From Elusimicrobiota bacterium (GTDB lineage Bacteria > Elusimicrobiota > Elusimicrobia > UBA1565 > UBA9628): 34,935 nt of DNA. The stretch is taken from assembly GCA_027319565.1 (NCBI GenBank), contig DAHVNA010000022.1, positions 1 to 34,935 of the forward strand, written 5' to 3'. This document shows positions 16,050 through 25,834 of this stretch, piece after piece. The position numbers were made by a program, and so were the translations under genes. Position 1 is the stretch's first letter, and every line of letters starts with the position of its first letter. A model generated the notes under the pieces. That model did no database searches. It was not told the DNA's origin and saw nothing but the letters and a program-made list of their open reading frames with translations.

Positions 16050-18638
16050 GAGGTCTAGTTTATTTTTAACATCTTCTTCCCGAGATTCGCCGAATATATC
16101 CCGGATTAACTCATTGCTTCCACCGCTGCCAGGAATCCGGCCTGCCATCTCTAACCATTCCCGCAAACCATCCTGGTAATCCTTCTTAGAGCCCTCTGAG
16201 AAAAAGAAATCAAAATTTAATTGCCGCGCTTTGTCTTTTTTTTTATCGTCAGACAAGGAACAAAACCATCTAAAAATCAAGAAATTATTCGGTTCCGTTT
16301 CGATTCCGTTAAAGGCGTCAGGAGTTCGTAGGAGTTCCTCAAATCTTTTCGCGCAGTCGGAGCCGAAATCAACGGATTTAAATTCCTCGCTAAATTTGGC
16401 ATTCGGAACCCCTGTTCTTTGTTCGCACCAAGACCACCACTTCTCAGTTGGTTGAACAAGCGGATTCCAGAACTCGGGCAATAACAGAGGATTTTTACAA
16501 TGAGAGATAACATCTCTCAAAATTGCCACTTGACGTTCTGCTGGAAGCGCCAGTAAAAGAGCCCACATAAAATTAGCGATCACCCCAATCTCGCCACTAA
16601 AAGGATCATTGCTCAAGCGAAATGTGCCAGACATTGTGGAAAGATGAATTAACAATTGAACGCTTTTATCGGGGTTGTTCTTGAAAGCTGGAAAATAGAG
16701 AGGAATTAGATCGCGGAAAAAATCAAAGAATTTTTCAGAGCCATTTTGGCGAAACTGATTCAAATGTATCAGCAGTTGATCCCAGAATAAATTTATGGCT
16801 TGGCTCGATTCCAGAGAATCGAATTTATTCACGAAATCTCTAAGAGGTTTGTTTGCTTGGGCAATTTGGGAAAGATAATCGCGTAAAATATCGGGATGCT
16901 TGAGCCGTCCGGATTGTTTGTCGTCGCGTTTGATATCTTGCAGGCTCTGAATCCGTGAGGTCGGCCTTGTGACTTGCGTTATATTATCGGTTTCGATCGC
17001 CCCAAAGATCATTTTAAAAATCCTGAAAGCCCATTCCTGATCATTGGCCTTCTCAATAATCTTGTTTGCATAAGTGGTGCGCTTACTTTCTCTCTCTTTG
17101 GAATTACTCATTGCAGCGCTGAGGATAGAGGGAAAATTATTGTGAGCTTCCGGCAATTCAGAATAAATCGACGATTCCAACGTAAAAATGCGCGAAAAAC
17201 TTCTTGGATCAATGACTCGCATCACTTCCGCATAGATGATGTCCGGCCAATACACCTCACCTGATAACCGCTCATGGATATCTTCTAGTTGGAGGCTAAA
17301 CGCATTGAGATCGCGAAAATTATCTAGTTTTCTTCCTGATTGCCTAAGCGCGGTTTCCAGTTCAAAGTATCCTTTATCAGTGGCATTCTCTTTTAATTCG
17401 GAGAACAAAACAGCATGGCGATCCAATAAAATATTCCCGCGCTCGTCTGCATCCGGAATATAGGTTTCTTTTTGTGGTCCAGGAAGCGTTCTTCTAAAAA
17501 GTTTTTCGCCCGGATGCTGTTTAGACATGGATTCTAGAATTTCCACGCAAGCGGCGACATTCGTTGGAATAAACAAATGAAGATTGGGAAATTGTCGAAA
17601 TTCGTCAATCAGGCGCAAAAGAGCGCTTAACTCTTTACCATTGAAACGTTCAAGGTCTTCTAGAACAATGATAATGTGATGATGAAGCGACTTAAAAATA
17701 CGTTTAAACTCTTGAATAGAGTCTTTAGGCGCGAGAAATCTCATAAGCCAGGCCAGGGGCCTAAACCCATGAACATCCTGACCGAGAGCTTCAAGAAGCC
17801 CGCTCCACTCTTGTTGATAGCTCCCCAGGGCGTAATGTCTATTTAAACCGGCAATCATCTCAGAAACAACGTGCCGCTGTAGCCCATAAGGTCCTACTGT
17901 CTCCCATGGGGAAATTTCAATGATGATGAACTTTTCGCGCTCTTTTTCCCAAAGGAGATGTAAAATTAGATTTTTAAATGAGCTTTTGCCGGTTCCCTGT
18001 TCGCCATTGAGAATAAAAACTCCTCCTTCGTTCTGTTCATTTTGGCACCACGTCGATAGATATTCCGCATAGTTCTTGGCTTGGTCTTTGTATGGCTGGG
18101 TAAATTCCTCATAATTTCCAGAAAGAGGCTTATACCAGAATTGCGTTTTAGGCGACACGTGCGCATTGCAAGATAAGCACGGTTCATCTTTGGGCCATAA
18201 GATAATGAGAAACCCGAGCGTAAAAAGGAGGCCACCCAATAACAACAAAGACATCCCCAGTCTCATTTTCCAGCTGAAATGAAGCCAAAGGAGAACTTGT
18301 CCCAAAATGACTCCCGACAAAATTTCCTCATACGTCAAAATAAGAATAGGCATTTTCCAGGTATTTTTGACGCGATCAAGGATATCACTCTTTGCATGTC
18401 TGCAACCGGAGTCCTTGCGTCGATATTTCTTGATGTTCGCAATCAAAAGGCCAAAGGCAAATGCCCAGAGAACGATTAGAGTTTTAACCCCAAGCGAGCC
18501 TTCTTTGGAATAAATAAAAACTGTGACCGCCGCGCTGATGACAATTCCAGAAATTAAAAATACAAGAAAGCAGACAAGACGAACCAGGAGCCTGCTAAAA
18601 TTTTTTTTATTCATGAATAAAACTTTACAATCCGCCAC
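16044..18638 (-). CDS. KAP-family P-loop NTPase with N-terminal transmembrane segments
   Basis: About 4 N-terminal TM helices; LNGEQGTGKSS Walker A, ISPW, IIIVLEDLER Walker B; alternative start ATG 18614; AT-rich. Confidence 0.85.
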   Translation of the reverse strand: MADCKVLFMNKKNFSRLLVRLVCFLVFLISGIVISAAVTVFIYSKEGSLGVKTLIVLWAFAFGLLIANIKKYRRKDSGCRHAKSDILDRVKNTWKMPILILTYEEILSGVILGQVLLWLHFSWKMRLGMSLLLLGGLLFTLGFLIILWPKDEPCLSCNAHVSPKTQFWYKPLSGNYEEFTQPYKDQAKNYAEYLSTWCQNEQNEGGVFILNGEQGTGKSSFKNLILHLLWEKEREKFIIIEISPWETVGPYGLQRHVVSEMIAGLNRHYALGSYQQEWSGLLEALGQDVHGFRPLAWLMRFLAPKDSIQEFKRIFKSLHHHIIIVLEDLERFNGKELSALLRLIDEFRQFPNLHLFIPTNVAACVEILESMSKQHPGEKLFRRTLPGPQKETYIPDADERGNILLDRHAVLFSELKENATDKGYFELETALRQSGRKLDNFRDLNAFSLQLEDIHERLSGEVYWPDIIYAEVMRVIDPRSFSRIFTLESSIYSELPEAHNNFPSILSAAMSNSKERESKRTTYANKIIEKANDQEWAFRIFKMIFGAIETDNITQVTRPTSRIQSLQDIKRDDKQSGRLKHPDILRDYLSQIAQANKPLRDFVNKFDSLESSQAINLFWDQLLIHLNQFRQNGSEKFFDFFRDLIPLYFPAFKNNPDKSVQLLIHLSTMSGTFRLSNDPFSGEIGVIANFMWALLLALPAERQVAILRDVISHCKNPLLLPEFWNPLVQPTEKWWSWCEQRTGVPNAKFSEEFKSVDFGSDCAKRFEELLRTPDAFNGIETEPNNFLIFRWFCSLSDDKKKDKARQLNFDFFFSEGSKKDYQDGLREWLEMAGRIPGSGGSNELIRDIFGESREEDVKNKLDLS

Positions 18639-18661
18639 GGCAAAAACAGTTGAGGCATTGG

Positions 18662-21184
18662 CTAATATCCAGATGGGTTCGCCTGATTCTCAAACACCAG
18701 CGACTCCTCGCCGCGGCTTAAGGCGGTGTCGTAGAGGCCGATTTTCTCGTCTTCGGGATGTTTATTGATTCCGGCATATTCTAGGCTTAAATCTTCGTAG
18801 CGCTTGAATTTATAGACCGCGTCGTTCATGAGAGCGCTGTTAAAAACGCCAAGGCTGACCAAAACCTCAAAATCTTTCACGTTTAAACCCGTCACTTTTT
18901 TAAACAAGCCGGGTTCCAGCTGCGTGATGACGTCTTTAAGGCAGCGCTCGCGGTAATCGGTCAGATACATAAAAACCGGCACGCGCGTAGCGAATTTAAT
19001 GAGTTTTTCCTGAATTTGCTTTCGCAGGCTCTTGTATTCTTTTTCTTCCTCAGACAAACGTTTCTTTTCCTTGGCGGAAAGCTCTTTTTCGTTGGCTTTC
19101 TTTTTAATTTTCTCAATCGCCTCGGATTTATTGATGATGGTCTCAATATCCTGGTTGAGGCTCCGAAAGCCCTCGATTTTCATGAGGGCGTCCATGGCTT
19201 TTTTGTCGTCCATCAGCCTTTTAAGCGTCGAATTATCCACGTTGACAAGAAGCGCGCTTTCCCATCTTCGCGCGAGCAAGGTCGCGGTCGTTCCGCTCAT
19301 CGCCATATCCAACACGCCCGCCGCGTTAATTTCTTTCATGGAACTCCCGTCATAGGCCAAGACCGGAAGAAATCTGATGAACTCCTCAACCTTTTTCTCG
19401 GGGTTGGATTCATTGACGTTTAAGCGGCAGCTATATTCCTGGATTTGGCGCAAAGCCCGGTTGGGCGCGAAATCAAAAACGTAGCACTCTTCCTTGATAA
19501 TCTGCTCTTGATTGGGATGATTGCCATCGGGGTTTTGAATCGTCCAGGGAGATTGGACCCGAAAAGCGGCTTGAAAATAGGTCTCGGGGCTTGAAGAGTT
19601 TCTCAGCATTAAAATGCCCGCCCAAGGCTTGACCGTCACTCCCGTAGTCAGCTTGCCGCAGGAGAGAGTGATGGTTTTCGTTTTGAGGGGGTCATCCATC
19701 GCTTTTTCCACTGGAGACAAAGCTCCAGCGCCCATTCCCGCCGCGCTTCCGGCGGCGACAATGACCTTGTAGTCATGATAGAACCGGTTTTGCTTTTTTG
19801 CCAGTAGATTTCGCATCGCGTGGCACGAAGCGACGCTGGGCAAAAACCATAGAGTGTGAGACAAAACGTTCAAGAGGCGCGCGTCTGAAAACGGCATTGG
19901 CGGCTTTTGCGCTCCCAGTTTGAGATTGTCCACATTGCTTGGCAAAAAAGAGCCGCGAATAAGATCGAGCCATTTCTGAACCTCGTCTTGATGGGCGAAA
20001 ACCGCTCCTTCGCCTTCTCCCGAGGCGGAAAAAAAGGCGTTGAGATCGAACTCGTTATACTCGCCTTCCAAGGCGACTTCGCGAATCGAATCGGGAAGCT
20101 GGTAGGTCAAGAGAACCATTCTTGGAAGAGCGGCGTAAGGATTATCTTTCCCTGTCCAGTTTTCTTTGGCGCGCTGTTCATCCGAATAAGTCCAGTTAAA
20201 GATCTGTTCCTCGATGAATTCGCCGGAAGTAATGGCGCGAAACGGGGTCCCGGAAAGGTAGAGATACCCATCGGTCGTGATCGGCATCAAGTTCTCGTCA
20301 TAATCCTCAAGTCCCGCGCCCGCTTCAAATTCGAGCTCTTTTTTTTCTTCGCCTTCAAATAAATCTTTTGCGTTGTCTCGCCAGGCGCCGTAGTGATATT
20401 CGTCTAAAATGACGCAATCCCAGTGAGTCGCGTGGACCCATTCATTCTTGGGCTTGATTCCGCCAGCACTGTTTTTGCCCAGATAATCTTGAAAAGAGCC
20501 GAAACAAATCAGCGGTTTCTTTTTGTCGGCTTTTTCATAAGACAAGCCGCCTGGCGAAATAAATTGCCAATCCTTAAAATCGACATGACTTTTTAAATCC
20601 TCTTCCCAAGCGCTTTGGGCCGCGGGCTTAAAAGTCAAAACCAAAACCTTTCGCCAGTTCATTTTCTTGGCCAGTTGATAGGCGGCAAAGGTTTTCCCAA
20701 AACGCATCTTCGCGTTCCACAGAAAATGCGGGGCCTTGCCTTTGTTTTCCCGCCGAAAACTTTTAAAGTAGTTCGCGGTTTTTTCAACTGCCGCTTCTTG
20801 CTCCGGCCGCATTTTGAAATAAAGCGAGCGATTGTCCTCGCTTCTTTCCCCGTTTTTAACCGCGAGAATCGCCGCTTTGACGCGACTAACATCGCACTTA
20901 AACCACTCGCCCGCCGGGTTTTTGACGCCGGAATTTCTCAGATAGCGGTGAACGTCGCGATCGCTGACAATTGAGCCGTCGCCTCTCATCGCGGATTCTT
21001 CCAAAACGATTTTATAAGGCGTTTCCCCCGGTCTCAAAGTCGGATATTGCTGCGCGACTCGCCGCCGCGCGTCCACGGCGGTGTAGCCGATCTTAAGAAG
21101 CCCAGTATATTGAGGACTTTTGTCCTCATATGCGTAGAGAGTGGGCCTCGTCTCCGGGCGCGGTGGGAAAAAGGATTTATTCAT
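18662..21184 (-). CDS. GIY-YIG/T5orf172-like nuclease fused to an SF2 helicase (restriction subunit-like)
   Basis: LKIGYT..RRVAQQ..VHRYL..GEWF; AKMRFGKT, LDEYH, LSGTP, KLTTGV, YFQAAFRV. Likely start ATG 21184, overlapping the MTase stop (ORF track: 21217). Confidence 0.88.
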   Translation of the reverse strand: MNKSFFPPRPETRPTLYAYEDKSPQYTGLLKIGYTAVDARRRVAQQYPTLRPGETPYKIVLEESAMRGDGSIVSDRDVHRYLRNSGVKNPAGEWFKCDVSRVKAAILAVKNGERSEDNRSLYFKMRPEQEAAVEKTANYFKSFRRENKGKAPHFLWNAKMRFGKTFAAYQLAKKMNWRKVLVLTFKPAAQSAWEEDLKSHVDFKDWQFISPGGLSYEKADKKKPLICFGSFQDYLGKNSAGGIKPKNEWVHATHWDCVILDEYHYGAWRDNAKDLFEGEEKKELEFEAGAGLEDYDENLMPITTDGYLYLSGTPFRAITSGEFIEEQIFNWTYSDEQRAKENWTGKDNPYAALPRMVLLTYQLPDSIREVALEGEYNEFDLNAFFSASGEGEGAVFAHQDEVQKWLDLIRGSFLPSNVDNLKLGAQKPPMPFSDARLLNVLSHTLWFLPSVASCHAMRNLLAKKQNRFYHDYKVIVAAGSAAGMGAGALSPVEKAMDDPLKTKTITLSCGKLTTGVTVKPWAGILMLRNSSSPETYFQAAFRVQSPWTIQNPDGNHPNQEQIIKEECYVFDFAPNRALRQIQEYSCRLNVNESNPEKKVEEFIRFLPVLAYDGSSMKEINAAGVLDMAMSGTTATLLARRWESALLVNVDNSTLKRLMDDKKAMDALMKIEGFRSLNQDIETIINKSEAIEKIKKKANEKELSAKEKKRLSEEEKEYKSLRKQIQEKLIKFATRVPVFMYLTDYRERCLKDVITQLEPGLFKKVTGLNVKDFEVLVSLGVFNSALMNDAVYKFKRYEDLSLEYAGINKHPEDEKIGLYDTALSRGEESLVFENQANPSGY

Positions 21185-22679
21185 CTTTCGTTGGCATGGG
21201 GCGAACAATTGAATCAATAAAGGCTATTTCCTGATCAGACAACCCAAAATGAGCGTAGAGTTTTTCATCCGTCCAAGTTTTATTCATGGGAAGAAGTGGC
21301 ACAAACGAAAAACGTTCTTTGGTGATATGCTGCGTATTTTTGCGCAAACCCACGAGAAATCGCAGAAACTTGGAGCGAAGATAGGTGGCGAGGTTTTGCG
21401 CCTCAGATTCGCTCTTATAAGCGCCGACAACCAGGTAGGTTTCGGTGCACGCGCTGGGTGGAGAAGCGACGATGGGTTTTCCCATGATCATTCTGGGATA
21501 ATCGCGAGATTCGCCCCCTTCGCCATATCCCATGGAAATAAAAACTTTCCATAAGTCGATCATTGCCGCGCCGCTTGGGAGCGCTGTTTTCTCGATTTTT
21601 CCAATGGCATTATTGGCGTACAAAACAACGCCGCCTTTGCCCGTAGGACGTTCAAATGTGCGCAATCCAAAAGGCTTCTGTCTGGAAACTTGTTCGCTCA
21701 TGGGCGGATATTTTTTGGCCATCACTTTTTCCAGTATCGTGATCGCTTTATTAAATCGGACGAAGGTGTCGAACTGGTCTAAATTTCGCGTCATTGTGTC
21801 GCTTAAATTATTCATATGAGTGGTCACGCGGCATGGCCCATCAAAATCTCGCTCCCATAAAAAATAGCAGACTCCGCCGATTACCTTAACGCCCGGAAAA
21901 ACATCGGACGCTATCGGATAATCTACCAATCGCGAAATGCGACGATCTCGGAGCATATCTTCCCGAAATTGATCTAGACCTTTTCCGCCCGCAAACCAGC
22001 GGGATGGAATAATCATGCTTAAAAATCGCGGGTTGAGTTTTTTGGCTTTTTCAATAAATAATTGATAGATGGGGGATGAGCCCGTGCTTTCCCCCGCGTC
22101 GCTCAACTGATACGGCGGGTTGCCGATAATGACATCGAATTTCATAGAGAATATCTCCTCGGGTTTCTGCGTGTGGATAAATTCATAGGCGTGAGATTCA
22201 AGGCTTTCGCTTCGGTCGTATTCTTCGCGGCTGGCTCCGCAAAAGGCGCATTGACCCTTGGCCCAGGTGTGCGCGCCGTTTTTGAAGCGAATGTTTCCCG
22301 CCTCATCATCAAAGGTTTCGCAAATAGAGTAGCGGCCATTGGCGGTTTTGGAGCAGTAAAGAGAACGTCGCGACAAAAGGGCGGTTAATTCCGTGATGGC
22401 CAGGCCGAAAATTTGATTTTTAAGAATATGATTGAGTCTCTTCTGGGGGTTTGGAATTTCTTTTTCAAGGCCCTGGTTTAAGCGCTTGGCGATTTCGCGC
22501 AAAAAGACGCCGGTTTTTGAGGCCGGGTCTAAAAAGCGCGCGTTTTTGTCTTTCCAGATTTCAGCAGGCAGAAGATCCAACATCTGATTGGCTAAAGACG
22601 GCGGAGTAAAAACCTCGTCGCTGCTCAAATTCGCCAAGCACGTCAAAACGTCGGGGTTATAGCTTGCGCTGATCGGCAC
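21177..22679 (-). CDS. Amino-DNA methyltransferase, Eco57I-like
   Basis: DEVFTP, FLDPASKTGVF, FDVIIGNPPY, IIPSRWF, C-terminal TRD. Likely GTG start 22679 with RBS GGAGGT (ORF track: 22739). Confidence 0.88.
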   Translation of the reverse strand: MPISASYNPDVLTCLANLSSDEVFTPPSLANQMLDLLPAEIWKDKNARFLDPASKTGVFLREIAKRLNQGLEKEIPNPQKRLNHILKNQIFGLAITELTALLSRRSLYCSKTANGRYSICETFDDEAGNIRFKNGAHTWAKGQCAFCGASREEYDRSESLESHAYEFIHTQKPEEIFSMKFDVIIGNPPYQLSDAGESTGSSPIYQLFIEKAKKLNPRFLSMIIPSRWFAGGKGLDQFREDMLRDRRISRLVDYPIASDVFPGVKVIGGVCYFLWERDFDGPCRVTTHMNNLSDTMTRNLDQFDTFVRFNKAITILEKVMAKKYPPMSEQVSRQKPFGLRTFERPTGKGGVVLYANNAIGKIEKTALPSGAAMIDLWKVFISMGYGEGGESRDYPRMIMGKPIVASPPSACTETYLVVGAYKSESEAQNLATYLRSKFLRFLVGLRKNTQHITKERFSFVPLLPMNKTWTDEKLYAHFGLSDQEIAFIDSIVRPMPTKDE

Positions 22680-23322
22680 TGGAAACCTCCAAAAAATGCG
22701 TCGGCGGGTATTCTTTCTCGGGCGTCGGAATAAACACATCGTCTCCCAAATCCGAAAAGAGCGGCAGGGCTTTTATCTCCGCGTGGCCCAGCAATTCGTG
22801 AAAAGTGAAATCACGCCTTTTCATCCAGCTCCCGTTAATCGGCGACCATTCGGCAAAGACAATCAGGCGCGGATTTTCCCCCACGGTTTTAAGGGTCAAG
22901 GCGTCTCCCCATATAATATTGAGACTCAAAATGTACCGGACGGCCTCGCGGCATTTGTCTTGAGCCTTCTCCTTGAAAAGATCGGAATACCGCGAATTAA
23001 AAACATCGAAAAGTCGCCGGCGGCATTTTTCGGCGTTGTCTTGAAGGATATCAATTCCGTAAATGGATGAAACGGCCAAAACCGCGTTCCGCTCGTATTC
23101 AATCTGGGCTTTGGCGTAGCGGCTTTCAACGACGCGGAGCTTTCTCTCCAATATCTCGGCCAAAAAATTCCCCGTTCCGCACGCGGGTTCTAAAAAGCGA
23201 GACTCGATGCGTTCGGTTTCCTGCTTGACCAAATCCAGCATGGCCGAGACTTCGCGGCTAGAAGTCAGCACTTCGCCGTGGTCTTCAACTCTTTGTTTTG
23301 AAACGACTTGTTTTTCAGTCAA
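22657..23322 (-). CDS. Short DNA methyltransferase-like subunit (SAM-binding half, no NPPY)
   Basis: HGEVLT, FLEPACGTGNFL, IYGIDI, NIIWGDAL; no catalytic motif IV; TTG start. Confidence 0.82.
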   Translation of the reverse strand: MTEKQVVSKQRVEDHGEVLTSSREVSAMLDLVKQETERIESRFLEPACGTGNFLAEILERKLRVVESRYAKAQIEYERNAVLAVSSIYGIDILQDNAEKCRRRLFDVFNSRYSDLFKEKAQDKCREAVRYILSLNIIWGDALTLKTVGENPRLIVFAEWSPINGSWMKRRDFTFHELLGHAEIKALPLFSDLGDDVFIPTPEKEYPPTHFLEVSSADQRKL

Positions 23323-23441
23323 TGTTTAATCCCAGTCTCTTTCAAGCGTCCGCTTTCTCTATATCGGTATTTTACAAGTTCATCGGCAGGAATATCCTGC
23401 GTTGAATAAGGTAGCGCCAATAGTCCTTTATATTCATTCAT
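23319..23441 (-). CDS. Possible 40-aa leader ORF coupled to the R-M operon; absent from the ORF track
   Basis: MNEYKGLLALPYSTQDIPADELVKYRYRESGRLKETGIKH*; GAGGG upstream; its stop overlaps the TTG start of the next gene (TTGA). Confidence 0.35.
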   Translation of the reverse strand: MNEYKGLLALPYSTQDIPADELVKYRYRESGRLKETGIKH

Positions 23442-23685
23442 GGAAGAGCCCTCAATGAGACGCGATTGCATTTTACCCTAGCATTAAAAGTTTGTTCGGT
23501 TCCTCAAGTAAAACCGAGCCTTAAGAGCCTAAAACGCCCTCTGTAACCTTAAATTGCGAACATTATTGTTAATAATGTTTTCTCGTTCTCAGAGGAGAAA
23601 TCGCAAGCGACTTGCATCTGTGCGGTTGCTCAAGCATTCTTGAATGAAAAATAAGCCGCTCTTTCTTGTCAATCATGGATTTGTC

Positions 23686-25311
23686 CTATTGAATCCAGTG
23701 TCCCGGCTGACTTGGCGGTAAAGGCAAAGGAAAGATTTGAGGCGCCGCTTTAATCTCGGGCATTTTCTGAAGCCTGGATTTGAGCCGCAAACGGCCGCTG
23801 CGCTTGTCTAAGAGATAATTGGCGAGATCGCGGTCTTTAAAGCGCCAGCCACGCCCCATTTTAACGGCGGGAATGATTCCGCTTTCGGCTAATTTCGCGA
23901 CCGTTACGGGAACCTTCTCTTTATACCCCAATATTTTGGAAGCCTCTTCACTGGTCCGATAAGAAGATAAATTATCCACTTCAGTCTTTAAAAAGACCGT
24001 GCTTTTACCGGATTTCAATGGGTGAAGTCGCCCCAACCTGATCCAGCCCTCATAGAGCTGCGTTCTCTGAATTTGAAGTTTCTCGCAGGTCTCGGAAACG
24101 GTGTAAAAAATATCTGATGCGCCGCCGCTGGTCCAATTATTTTGTAAAGCGGCATCAAGACCCTCCAGGATTTTAGGATCAGGCTCTTGGCCCGTCACGC
24201 TCTTAATGGCATGGCGCATAATGGCCAGCCGAACGGGCTCTTCCGGCAGTGATTCCTGTCTGATGGGACCTTCAGCATGATCTCCAAAGCGTCGGTCAAG
24301 GTCTTCCACTAATTCCTTATCGCTGAAGTGGTAATAGCTGAGGGTCGTCACAAGACTCTGGTGGCGGGCCAAGCGCTGAACTCGCTTAATATCAAGCCCA
24401 GTTTCCACCCACTCTGAAATTTGGGTGTGTCTCAGGTAGTGCGTTGTATATTCCTGCGGCAGTTTTGCCTCCTGGATCAGGGGTGAGAAAATTGACTCCG
24501 CATAGTAAGGGGCTTTAATGACATGGCCGTCTTTCTCAGAGAAAAATAGAGCGGGACCATTTTTTTCTTTGCTTTTGGGTTTAATAATGGTCTCAGGAGT
24601 CAGTCTCTGAGTTTTCAAATACTCAGCCCGGACTGAGAGATAGCGCTTAAGATAACTAAACCCCCAGGGAGTGATATAAACGGTATCCTTAGAACCAGCG
24701 GGGCGGCCTTTAGACTCCCAAATAAGTAGAGGCACATGTCCGCCATGACTTTTTTGCCCCATTAAAACATCATCTATGCCTAAGTTTACGACCTCGCTGA
24801 GGCGCAGGGCCGTATCTTTCTGAAGAGCGACCATCGTCTTATCACGCAGATAGACAAACTGCGCTTTAAGTTCCATCGCATCAAGGAGTTTGTCATCTAT
24901 CCGGCAGAGGCGTTCCACTTCTTCCCGCGACAAGCGGTGATATTGTTCCTCATATTTGGCCCAGAAGACTTTAAACTCCTTGCGGATATCATCCGGGATT
25001 ATATTTTGGGCAAAGGCCGCTTTAAAGATCCCTTTAATCGCCATGAGGCGATTAGTAATAGTCCCCGCCTTGAGCTGGGGAACGCGGCTTTCCAGGTCGA
25101 TTTTGTATTCCTTAATGTCTTCAGAATTAAAGTCGGCCAGATGATTCAATGGGCGCTGTGGATGATGATGGGCGACGACCTGAAAAAAATCGCTGAACGC
25201 GCTTTGATAGCTTTGTTGACTTTTTTCGCTTAAGGGTTGCCCGGAACGCTCGTTTCGGGCGTTCTTGAGCGCACGATTCATTTCTTCTGACAAGGTTTGT
25301 GGGATTTTCAT
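23686..25311 (-). CDS. Tyrosine recombinase with two C-terminal excisionase-like HTH domains
   Basis: Core-binding domain; RDKTM...ALRLSE (R), ESKG (K), HYLRH, LARHQSLVTTLSYYH (H, Y); then YTVSETCEKLQIQRTQLY and RTSEEASKILG...IPAVKMGRGWRF; RBS AGGAGG. Confidence 0.9.
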   Translation of the reverse strand: MKIPQTLSEEMNRALKNARNERSGQPLSEKSQQSYQSAFSDFFQVVAHHHPQRPLNHLADFNSEDIKEYKIDLESRVPQLKAGTITNRLMAIKGIFKAAFAQNIIPDDIRKEFKVFWAKYEEQYHRLSREEVERLCRIDDKLLDAMELKAQFVYLRDKTMVALQKDTALRLSEVVNLGIDDVLMGQKSHGGHVPLLIWESKGRPAGSKDTVYITPWGFSYLKRYLSVRAEYLKTQRLTPETIIKPKSKEKNGPALFFSEKDGHVIKAPYYAESIFSPLIQEAKLPQEYTTHYLRHTQISEWVETGLDIKRVQRLARHQSLVTTLSYYHFSDKELVEDLDRRFGDHAEGPIRQESLPEEPVRLAIMRHAIKSVTGQEPDPKILEGLDAALQNNWTSGGASDIFYTVSETCEKLQIQRTQLYEGWIRLGRLHPLKSGKSTVFLKTEVDNLSSYRTSEEASKILGYKEKVPVTVAKLAESGIIPAVKMGRGWRFKDRDLANYLLDKRSGRLRLKSRLQKMPEIKAAPQIFPLPLPPSQPGHWIQ

Positions 25312-25723
25312 GGCAAGGCCTCCTGAAACATCTGGTTATTATTTTTTTACCGAAAATATTTCTGCTAATTTTGATTTGAAATCTTATTTGGGGTGGTGGA
25401 AAATCTGAACATTTTTTTATTGGGTTAAAAACAATCGTAATATGGCGACCTATCTCATCATATAGGACTCGATTAATTTGCTCCGGATATTGATCTATTG
25501 ATCCCATAATTTCTAGAATAACCCTGTGAATTTGCTCTGCGCTTATTCGCCGCACAAGGCAGAGTTCCTTACCATAATTTCTGGCTTTTACGCATTCATA
25601 GTAAGAGAAGCGTCGGCTTTTGGCATAAGAATATGTTGGTGTCATTGCGGATAGGCATTGGGCGCAGCGCAACTTGCCCCGAAGCCACATTTTCAACTTG
25701 CGATGACAACACTGGCTATTCAT
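25127..25723 (-). CDS. Stand-alone recombinase zinc-beta-ribbon domain protein
   Basis: WLRGKLRCAQCLSAM...YYECVK...LC..RRISAEQIHRVILE mirrors the zinc ribbon of the serine recombinase; the last 185 nt overlap the tyrosine recombinase. Confidence 0.7.
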   Translation of the reverse strand: MNSQCCHRKLKMWLRGKLRCAQCLSAMTPTYSYAKSRRFSYYECVKARNYGKELCLVRRISAEQIHRVILEIMGSIDQYPEQINRVLYDEIGRHITIVFNPIKKCSDFPPPQIRFQIKISRNIFGKKIITRCFRRPCHENPTNLVRRNESCAQERPKRAFRATLKRKKSTKLSKRVQRFFSGRRPSSSTAPIESSGRL

Positions 25724-25834
25724 TGGGGATCTCCAATTTAACTGGGAGCGTTTTAAAAGGCTGGTTTGGCCGTCTTATTTCAGCAGGTGATAGATTGAGG
25801 GTTTTGACGTAAAGGAGTGGCTTTCCGCTAAAGG

